DNA of 59,842 bases, the filler included, from Sphacelaria rigidula (taxonomy: Eukaryota): the NCBI GenBank assembly GCA_964200075.2. It is 4 parts of 4 records of this genome, joined end to end, with 100 filler letters (N's around TTAATTAATTAA, not from the genome) between each part and the next. Parts side by side here need not be neighbours in the genome. Positions count along the whole stretch, not along the records: positions 14,990 to 29,876 come from CAXNAA020002005.1; positions 29,977 to 44,861 come from CAXNAA020002006.1; 2 more parts are not named here. One strand, 5' to 3'. Shown piece by piece: positions 20,463 through 30,104 of this stretch; positions within the stretch are counted from its first letter, which is position 1, and each line of letters starts with the position of its first letter. The notes under the pieces were generated by a model. The model was given only the letters and a program-made list of their open reading frames with translations. It searched no databases and had not been told where the DNA came from. Made by a program: the position numbers and the translations under genes.

Positions 20463-22439
20463 GACTCTTCATCGGAACGAAACCGGAATTGTCAGCGAAC
20501 GTCGCATTCCAGAGCATTCGTGACTCATCGTCCCTCTTATCCGAGACAAGGTACGTTTCAACATACAAAACGCACTTTTTGTACGTTCAACACCGGCGCA
20601 ACGGAGTGCAACAGCCGAATGATACATCATCCTCACGCTGAAAGGAAGAAAGCACCCAACACGTCTTAAACGCGCCTGGCCTCTTGCTTCTGCAACACTG
20701 TCGAAAACGTATGCAAGCGTATGCCTCCCCGCCGCCAAAGCTTCAACGCTTCAACTTGCCATCGTTTTATCTAGACAATCAAAGGAAAGCTATGACTCAA
20801 ACCGCTATTCAAGTCATGCATACTATTCCAACGACGGCGAACGGACCTCGACCTCCGCCATCATTGATCACCACTGGTGACCCGTTTTCGAACTCTTGTT
20901 TTCGAGGAAATCCCAGACATTTCTACATCTCCTTTGGATCTTGGACCGTCATATCCCATCTCTGTATCTGCCAAAATATAGAAATAATGATTTCCTCGAC
21001 ACTCTTGCAGGCCACCTACACCAGCTCTTCGAACAAATGGATGCATCATCCACATGCTCCTTCTGACATGAACAAAAAACCAACCACGTGCTCGTTCAAA
21101 CACGTGACAATCCATACATAAACGTGCCACGGTCAAAGATCATTGATGCATGCGCACATAATGTCTTAATCTTCAACCACCGGAAGCACTCGCGTCATAC
21201 CTACTCACGTACGACGAGCCTACGCGTTTCGTATATTTCAGCTCATTTTCGCGCTAACAGCAAGCATCACGGTCTCCTACAGTCAGTACGACCCTATGCA
21301 TTTCGTGGTTTATTGCTCATTTTCACGCTAACGGAAGCAATTCATGTATCGTGCAGTCAATACGTGCAAACCGCACAAATATTATTTGACCGTGTTCCTG
21401 CGCGAACAAGGTTATACGAGGTTCTATTGATTTAGCATACAGCAGTATATTGAAAACTGCCCCACCCTAGGTCGTCACCAGATACCATTCACATCAGTAC
21501 CACTCGAGCAAAACTTCGTAGATGCCTGCCAAAATTCCACTCAAGATATGAAAATCCGCACATACATGCCAATATTTCACTCAGCATATGCAATGCCGCC
21601 TTCCTCGTAGAAAACACCATGCATCGTCCGTACCGACCAGATCAGCACAAAACACACATGCTAAATATCCACGTGAACGCCAGAGTTTTACCCTGCACAC
21701 GCGATACAATCATACTCGCTCAACGAACATGTTTCACGCGCAAACATGACCACAAACCACACAATAACAAACTGCGATCATTCTTAAAACGATTTGCGAA
21801 TACCAGTCATGATGTGTTTGCTCATTCTCACCAAGCACTCAATCACCTCAGCACTTGCTCCTCAACATCAGCACCGTACGCGGCGCTCACCACAGCAGCA
21901 AATACCTTACGCAATGTCTTATTTGTAGTTCTCCAGTCCGCTCCTGAGAAGCAGCAGGACTTGAACCACGACCTCGTGGACAGCGTAGAGCATCCTTTCC
22001 TCTCGGACACTCGCTTCTCGCACCTTCAATCTAGCTACACCTTGCACCCCCATGGTGTAGCTCAACACGCCTCTAAAAGGTATATTCGCACCGCCAAACC
22101 AATGCGACAAATCCTCCGCCCCAACAGATGCTTGCGCATTCACGAACGTTAGTTCTTCAGTCGCTTTTCTAGAGAAAACAAGAGGCAAAACGGGAACATC
22201 CATACAGTCCCTCACAGCAACACCTCCCGATCGTATCACGCCATCCTCCTCCGGTACCTGACCGTACAGCAGCAAGGACACCGCAGTCAACGCCGCCAAA
22301 TACGACAAACCTGTCCATGCATAGAGCAGTGCACACGACCACCCCAACACCACGCGACGCTCGTCGTCGCCGTCGGAATCGTGATCGCTAACAGCATCAC
22401 GAGCTTGCAGCTCGCTCTGTGTACCTGCTTCACGCGGGT

Positions 22440-22930
22440 CACACGCCCCTGTTTTTTCGATCATGCAAGGCGTGTCCACAGCTACGCGCTGGCCCGGCGG
22501 CAATTCCGCCAACCCAGCATCCACCTGTCCTTCAAGCAGACACCCCTACGAATCATGAAAACGATCTCCCGCCATGTCACTGGCGCAGATAGAGTCACCA
22601 TGAGTACGGCAAGCTCCTTGCTCACCCTACTCGCTCGCCATACGCAAATAACACCCCCCTGCAGTTTCAAGCAAGCAAGGAGTATCTCCAGCTACGCGCT
22701 GGTCCGGCGGCAATTCTGCCAACCCGGCATCCATCCACCTATCCTCCAAGCACACACCCCTGCGAATCACCTGGACGATCTCCCGCCCTGTCACTGGCGC
22801 AGATAGAGTCACCATGAGCACGGCAGGCTCCTTGCTCACTCTGCTTGCTCGCAATACGCGAAAAACACCCCCCTGCATTTTCAAGCATGCAAGGAGTATC
22901 TCCAGCTACGCGCTGGTCCGGCGGCAACGA
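22440..22930 (-). repeat. ~210-bp tandem repeat (about 70 codons, PPDQRVAGDTPCMLE..DAGLAEL), about 2.5 units
   Basis: cagctacgcgctgg recurs at 22479, 22689 and 22903; related units at ~17585-17830 (+) and ~18850-19155 (-). Confidence 0.85.
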
Positions 22931-23169
22931 GCAACTGGGGCCTCCGCCCACCAGTACTTGCTCATTGGCCCATGTAGGCCTCGCCCTCTCAACATTCAAC
23001 ATTGCCAACAGCAGCAGCAGCATCACCTATACTCGATAAAGCCACCACATCCTGCTCAACGCACTCCTGGACTGCAACGGCGGCAGCTGAGCTGCCTGCA
23101 GTCTGCTCGAGCTGCGTGACATATTCACCCTCTCCAGCAGCAGTACCAGCAGCATCCAAACCAATGCTT

Positions 23170-23590
23170 ACCGTGGTACTGTCGGCGGGCGCGCTCTCAT
23201 ACCTACCCCTTTTGACAGACACGTGCTGCGTCTCCTTCCCGCTCGGCACAGTGGGAACAGCTGCCCTGTATCGTGGTTTAAGACGCGCCCTACGGACTGC
23301 ACATTCAGCGGGTGCACTATCGCGCCTATCCTCTCGGGCAGACACATGCTTCTCGGCTTTAACAGTGCAAGCATCTGCCCTTTATCGTTGTTTCAAACGC
23401 GCAGCACCTACTGCACGTTCAGCGGGAGCGCCGTCGTGCCTGTCCCCTCGGGCAGACACATGTTTCTCTGCTGACACAGGGCAAGCAGCTGCCCTGTATC
23501 GTTGTTTCAAACGCGCAGCATCTACTGCACGTTCGGCGGGTGCGCTGTCGTGCCTGCCCCCTCGGGCAGACACATGTTTCTCGGCTGTTA
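23170..23590 (-). repeat. 114-bp tandem repeat (38 codons, KHVSARGGRHDSAPAERAVDAARLKQRYRAAACPVSAE), about 4 units
   Basis: cagacac unit anchors at 23566, 23452, 23338 and 23215. Confidence 0.9.
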
Positions 23591-23915
23591 CAATGCAATG
23601 CGCCCCACCGGACGGCGCATGCTTGCGCAACGCGAAAAGCAACTGCTCGTCCTCAACATCATAATCGTCTTTCAAGAACGTGTCACACAGGCATTTCGCG
23701 ATATGTTTCGGCATGAGCTCAGAAACTGCTGCCACCTTGAAGAGGTTTGTCGACCGCGCGTTCACCTGATCTACATCTCGCAAATATTGCTTGTATTTGC
23801 GTAAAACATCGGTCGATTTCTCGCTCGAAGCCTTGCGGCCGTAGTACGGCATCTCCAGCGCCAGTACAAGAACAACACGACCATCGACGATAAGATATTC
23901 CTGAGCCTCATCCAT
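23382..23915 (-). pseudogene. Gag N-terminal domain fused in frame to 38-aa repeats
   Basis: LEMPYYGRKASSEKSTDVLRKYKQY..VSELMPKHIAKCL..LRKHA aligns with LKAPEYGRHCSENASRRFYQKY..TELVPRHIRACL..LGRHA of the 28207..29583 gag. Confidence 0.75.
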
Positions 23916-24444
23916 TTCAGTCAGCACTCCGGACCGCCTTTTTGAAAAACGAAGTTGCCTCCCACTCACAGGAACAACACTCTCTCCTCACACCAAGACG
24001 CGCTGAACCAACTTACAACAAAAATGGTCACAGCGCCTCTTCCCCGCGTAGGTCTCACCACGTGTTTGAAGTCCTTAGATTCCTCTTCTTGAACGCGGCT
24101 AGCCAACCTCGAATTAGCCCTCTCGCAATTCTCCCGTCTTCGAGTAATAAGTGCGCCGCGCTTTTTGGAACGCTCACGGGCTTGCCAGCTGTCGATGTAC
24201 CCCCCGCACCTCACGCAAGAGCGATACCACAACCCGCCCTAGCACTGCCTCAGAACCTCCTCGGCTCTACTTCTTACACTCTTCGCGACGTTAACACGCC
24301 TTGAGCTGGTCTTGTTTGCTGCTAACTGATCAGGCCTGCAAATTTCCCTATCATAAAGTGTCAGCTGCTTTTCAGCGGATCTACCGCCATCAGTGGACTT
24401 AATGAACGTTCATTGTAGACTTCTGTCACTCAAGATCAGATTGC

Positions 24445-24580
24445 CAATCCTGGCTCCCCTGTCAATCTGCTCGAAAACACATGGGAAACTCCCGGCTCCC
24501 TCTCAACCTGTTCGAAAACATATGGGGAATCCTGGATCCCTGTCAACCTGCTCGAAAACATATGGGAAATCCTGGCTCCT
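24445..24580. repeat. ~41-bp minisatellite (about 3 units) expanded inside the 5' LTR C
   Basis: tcctggctcccctgtcaacctgctcgaaaacatatgggaaa-like unit; absent from the sister LTR at 17903-18163. Confidence 0.85.
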
Positions 24581-24710
24581 ACCATCACGGGCACATGGAC
24601 TTCAGCAGCTTTAGTTATTCATATATCAAGCCTCACCAATGTGCAGGAAAACAGGAACACAGCCTCTCTCCATCAGAGTAGCAAAACCGGGCCTACTCGT
24701 CGTGGAGGTC

Positions 24711-26572
24711 TGTAGAGTAGTCCACCTACAGTACACGTACGAGCAGGTTGATGATGATATTCAAGTGGAATAATCTGCTATAGGCGTTTTCTATTGGTTG
24801 ACGGACTTGCGGGTCTGATCGGCAGACTATATGGATTTGAACATCACATGCTTCACGCATGTGATTACTTCCGACAACGAAGGCTTTGTGTTTATGAATA
24901 ACAACTGTCTTGAAGTCTCCAGGCCCTAGTGAGGGAGGAAGCCCTTGGAGCAATCTTGTGACCTTGTTCTGAGTCCAGGAGGGCTCTATAATATACGTTT
25001 ATTAAGAGGAACCCGCTGGTTTCTGGAAGAGGTTTTTCAGCTGTGGACAGCTGCGGAGAAATTATATCAGACTTTGTACACACGAGTGTGCACCCTGTAA
25101 AGTGAGGGAGCTCGCTGACAAAGGAGAGACGGCTAGATTCGCTGGAACTGTTGCGTGCAGGTATGGCAACGCGCAAGAAAGTGGGTGATGGCGATGCAGG
25201 CGAAGAGGTGAAGTTGAAGTGTACTGAGTTTATGCCTGCAGGATCGCTGAAAGCCCCAGAGTACGGACGGCATTGTAGCGAAAATGCGTCCCGACGTTTT
25301 TATCAGAAATACGTCGAGTATAAAGAGGCGGTCAAAATGAACAACAAAGGACGTAGTATGCAGGCCGTCTTACTGACTTTTACTGAACTGGTGCCGAAGC
25401 ACATCCGTGCGTGTTTGTCACGCACGATTTTTGACGGATCCGTGCTTGACGAAGACGATCTCAAGGAGGCACTAGGCCGACACGCGAAATGTTGGGATGA
25501 TGAAGAGATTGATCCTTCAGTTGCTGCTGTTGGTCTGCGGAAAGCGTTGGCGGCCCGCAACGAGCAAACTGCAATGGGAAGAGTAGAAGGGCAGTGGGGG
25601 TGTCCTGGAGTAATGTTTCGCGGAGAATGTTAGCGCTGAGCGTGCGTTCCGCGATGATGCAGATTTCAAACCAGGACCTGCTCAAATCATAACTCGGGAA
25701 ATGTTGAATGGACTGACCCCCCCCGAATTCAAAACTGAAGTTCTCAACATGTTGAACATGAAGGGGGCGTGGAAGAAGGACCCTGGGCTTGTGTTCAACA
25801 CGGCTCGGGAAGCAGGGGAGGAGGGAAGACGGTGGAAGCGGCGGATAAGCAGCACCATCAGCAGCCGCAGCTGAAACAAGGAAGTGGCAGCGGGATCTCC
25901 GGAAGCAAGCGCCAACCGAATGGTGGGAAAACGGCGAGCAGTGGAAATGGGATTGCCAGTTTCGGGAAAACCCGCAAACCAGGCCCGAACTATGCAGGAT
26001 GTTTCATATGTGGAGACAAGGGTCATTTCCGGAAGGATTGCAAGCAGCAAGGCCAGGCTGGTGCTCCACAACATACTACAGGTGGGCAGACGAAGGCTGG
26101 CGACAAGCAGACACAACAACAGCAGCTATCGCAGGGCCCTGGACAGGTGCCTCGCGGAGGGGGCACGAGTCCCGTCCCTACGAGGGCTGTCTTTTCAGCC
26201 GATGGACAAAGTGCTCCCAGCGGGGGGGCGACGTTGCCACCAGAACCGGTCGTTTGTACTGGTTGCGTGCAACAGACCATCTCATCGCATTCTTTCTCGG
26301 GTTCGAACTCTGCGGCGGTGCCAGCATGGAGATCGCTCAAAGCGGGTGAGGTGTCAGGTTTTCAATCTGAGGCTCTACAAGTAGATCACAAGGAAACGTG
26401 GTGTGTTGCCGACTTATCTGTCCCGAGTGCAGGGGCAAAGGGTGTTTGTCCGGTCACGGCTATTTTAGACTCGGTATCTGGACTTACGACCATGTCAGCT
26501 GGTGTAGCGGCGAAATTGCAAGCCATGGTTCCATAAGTCCAAGTGGTGAGATCAATGGTTGATGAACAGCTG
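24711..26572 (+). mobile_element. 3'-truncated Gypsy element B1: LTR B (24711-24990) and frameshifted gag (ATG 25163) with CCHC knuckle and protease
   Basis: LTR TGTAGAG..CTCTATA; CFICGDKGHFRKDC zinc knuckle; AILDSVSG protease motif; TAA at 26534-26536; inserted into LTR C. Confidence 0.9.
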
Positions 26573-27439
26573 ACCATCACAGAGTCCGGCAAGCAGACCT
26601 GCAACTCCACCTACAAATCTCCCCACCTTAGGTAACAATGATGGCTAGAGTGTACAGGTCGTGTGCATCGCTGTATGCATAGACAGCTTTGGCATATTTG
26701 GCGGCGATGGCGGAGGTGTCTCCACCATTGCGCCGTTGGATGTTTGGGGAGGATAGCGTACCAACATCAGGAGGTGTCGCTGTTCGGGACTGTGTAGCTG
26801 TTCCCATTTCGCCTCTCGTTTCCTTTGTAAAACTGACTGAAGCACAGGTGTTCAGTACCACCCAAGTATCTGTGAAGGCAGATAGCTTGCTTGATGCATT
26901 GGTTCGGCGGTGAGAATATACCACTTGAAGGCGAGCTGAACGGCTCCACGAGGGTGGGAGCTGTAGCTGGACCCATGGCGCGAGGAGCGAGTGTTCGAGT
27001 GGAAACGCTGCTCTACGCTGTGCATGGGGTTGTGGTTCGAGTGCTGCTGTTTCTCAGGAGCGGACTGGAGAACTACAAAGAAGACATTGGCTAAGGTAAT
27101 TGCTGCTGTGGTGAGCGCCGCGTACGGTGCTGATGTTGAGGAGCAAGTGCTGAGGTGATTGAGTGCTTGTTGAGAATGAGCAAACACATCATGACTGGTA
27201 TTCGCAAATCGTTTCGAGAGTGGTTGCAGCTTATTATTGTGTGGTTTGTGGTCATGTTTGCGCAAGAAACTTGTTCGTTGAGCGAGTATGATCGTATCGC
27301 GTGTGCAGGGTAAAACTGTGGCGTACACGTGGATATTTGGCATGTGTGTTTTATGCTGATCTGGTCGGTACGGACGATGCATGGTGTTTGCTGCGAGGGA
27401 GGCGGCATTGCATGTGCTGAGTAAAATGATGGCATGCAT

Positions 27440-29787
27440 TCATCCGACGAAATCGCTCCTCCGCCTTGTATGCATTCATCCAGCGGAAACAGAACTTCTC
27501 GGGCGTTGCAATCGCTGCTCCCGCCCACCAATGTTGCGATGCAGCGTGCCAACCACGCCATCTTGACCGGAAAGTACGCCCTCGGCCGAGCCTTTGCCTC
27601 CTCAGCAGCGGGTTTGAATTTCATCTTCAGGGGCTCGACGCGATCAGGCAGATAACCATGCAGCACTCGCCTAAAAATGCTCCCTCTGTTCCGTACAGGC
27701 TCACGAATTCGACCCACGTCGCTACCCGATATGCCGTTACCCGCGGCGGCTTGTACTGCCTCCTCCGGCGCAACATCAAGCTCAGCAAGCTCCTGTTCCG
27801 GGGATATGCTCATCGCCGGACTTTTCGACAACAACCGGTCGACTGAGGGATAATCCGGCTCCGCCCAACCTCCTGGTTGCTGTAAAGCGTCAACCGCGGT
27901 CCTGACACGCCGACAGTCCGTAAAATCAGGCGCGTTCACACCTCGCACCGAAGTGTTTCTTCCACGTGCACAGGCACCTAAGCTATTGCACACGTCAATG
28001 CCCAGCACCTCCAGCGTAGGGCTCCCCATGATGATCACATCATCGGTACCCGGCATGACCGCATATGAACATGGGTCCAGCACAACCGGTCCCCAGCTGG
28101 TGTGTAAAGCGATGCGGACAGGGCAAGTTTTCTGCTTCACGCGCTCAACATCGCCATTCGCCAATTTCACCAACTGTTCACCAGTCATCGATCTCACCAC
28201 TTGGACTTATGGAACCATGGCTTGCAATTTCGCCGCTACACCAGCTGACATGGTCGTAAGTCCAGATACCGAGTCTAAAATAGCCGTGACCGGACAAACA
28301 CCCTTTGCCCCTGCACTCGGGACAGACAAGTCGGCAAGACACCACCTTTCTTTGCGATTCACTTGCAGACCCTCAGATTGAAAACCTGACACCTCACCCG
28401 CTTTGAGCGATCTCCATGCTGGCACCGCCGCAGAGTTCGAACCCGGGAACGAGTGCGATGAGATGGTTCGCTGCACGCCACCAACAGAAACGACCGGTTC
28501 TGGTGACAACGTCGCCCCCCCGCTGGGAGCACTTTGTCCATCGGCTGAAAAGACAGCCCTCATAGGGGCGGGACTCGTACCCCCTCCGCGAGGCACCTGT
28601 CCAGGGCCCTGCGATAGCTGCTGTTGTTGCTGCTGCGTGTCGTCGGCCTTCGACTGCCCACCTGTAGTATGTTGTGGAGCAGTAGCTTGGCTTTGCTGCT
28701 TACAATTCTTCACGAAGGGGCCCTTGTCTCCACATGAGAAACAACCGGCACAGCTTGGGCCTGGTTTGCGGGTTTTTCCGGAACTGGTAGTCCCATTTCC
28801 ACTGCTCGCCGTTTTACCAGCATTTGGTTGGCGCTTGCTCCCGGAAGTCCCGTTGCCACTCCTTTGTTTCAGCTGCAGCTGTTGACGGCTCTGCTTATCC
28901 GCCGCTTCCACCGTCTTCCATGCCTCCCCTGCTTCCCGAGCCGTGTTCAACACAAGCCCAGGGTCCTCCTCCCACCCCCCTTTCATGTTCAACATGTTGA
29001 GAACTTCAGTTTTGAATTCGGGGGGGGGGGTCAGTACATTCAACATTTCCCGAGTTATGATTTGAGCAGGTCCTGGTTTGAAACCTGCATTATCGCGGAA
29101 CGCACGCTCAGCGCTAGTATTCTCCGCAAAACATTCCTCCAGGACACCCCACTGCCCTTCTACTCTCCCCATCGCAGTTTGCTCGTTGCGGGCCGCCAAC
29201 GTTTTCCGCAGACCAACAGCAGCAACTGAAGGATCAATCTCTTCATCCTCCCAACATTTCGCGTGTCGGCCTAGTGCCTCCTTGACATCATCTTCGTCAA
29301 GCACGGATCCGTCGAAAATCGCGCGTGACAAACACGCACGGATGTGCCTCGGCACCAGTTCAGTAACAGTCGATAAGACGGCCTGTATGCTACGTACTTT
29401 GTTGTTCATTTTGACCGCCTCGTCGTACTCGATGTATTTCTGATAAAAACGTCGGGACGCATTTTCGCTACAATGCCGTCCGTACTCTGGGGCTTTCAGC
29501 GATGCTGCAGGCATAAGCTCAGTAAACTTAAACTTCACCTCTTCGCCTGCATCGCCACCATCCACTTTCTTGCGCGTTGCCATAGCTGTACGCAACAGTT
29601 CCAGCCAACCTAGCCGTCTCTCCGTTGCCAGCAAGCTCCCTAACGTTACAGTGTGCAGACTACTCTGTTCAAATTTTGATATAATTTCTCCGCAGCTGTC
29701 CACAGCTGGAAAACCTCTTCCAAAACCAGCGGGTTCCTTTTCATAAACGTATATTATAGAGCCCTCCTGGACTCAGAACAAAGTCAG
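27440..29787 (-). mobile_element. Gypsy element B2: LTR B remnant (29755-29787), gag-protease ORF (29583 to 28207), pol continuing past a TAA and lost near the start of RT
   Basis: Closely similar to B1; knuckle CFSCGDKGPFVKNC (His replaced by Pro); AILDSVSG; downstream frame VKLANG..CPVRIALHTSWGPV..VEPLKMKFKP..KARPRAYFPVK; no RT YxDD motif or integrase core seen. Confidence 0.9.
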
Positions 29788-29876
29788 ATACTTTCTACGA
29801 TAGCCCCCCCCCAGAAAAGTGCATGGTTTTGGGGGGCAAAATCTTCACGTAAATCGAAATGGGGAAAGCCGAGCAC

Positions 29877-29976
29877 NNNNNNNNNNNNNNNNNNNNNNNN
29901 NNNNNNNNNNNNNNNNNNNNTTAATTAATTAANNNNNNNNNNNNNNNNNNNNNNNNNNNNNNNNNNNNNNNNNNNN
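29877..29976. other. Artificial contig linker (N44-TTAATTAATTAA-N44)
   Basis: Identical to the linker at 14890. Confidence 0.98.
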
Positions 29977-30104
29977 GCTTTCTATCGCTTTGCCACAGGG
30001 ACAGTTCTGTCCATCTACTTCCTCCTCCTTTCGACGACTGGTATAAATCTTTCTCCTTTCTGGCAGGTCCAGGTTCCCCACCAGAAATCGCAGTTTCATA
30101 TTTG

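Larger units (their letters stand above)
17903..26656 (-). mobile_element. Non-autonomous LTR retrotransposon (LTR type C) with 4-bp TSD GGTC, carrying two further nested insertions
   Basis: 3' LTR 17903-18163 (TGTAGACT..AGTCTACA) with a G-rich PPT-like tract at 18164-18185; 5' LTR split into 24414-24710 and ~26573-26656; GGTC at 17899-17902 and 26657-26660. Confidence 0.85.
16821..27435 (+). mobile_element. Non-autonomous Gypsy-derived host element, split at 17902/26657 by a nested insertion
   Basis: LTR A2, leader, gag fragment (LNVPYYSRRFSSEKSDDLLQKY, ~17515-17583), then repeat unit and extra ORF. The sequence stops at ..tgggtggtc (17902) and resumes at ggtcgtgtgc (26657), matching the uninterrupted copy near 22340 on the minus strand. 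Confidence 0.75.

Noticed and set aside
23002-23664. 220-aa plus-strand repeat protein
   Set aside because: Antisense of the Gag-fused 114-bp repeats; the minus strand carries the Gag homology.
29977-30103. Second copy of the LINE segment at ~30501-30627
   Set aside because: Essentially identical and at a contig edge; cannot be told apart from a misassembly or an adjacent truncated copy.
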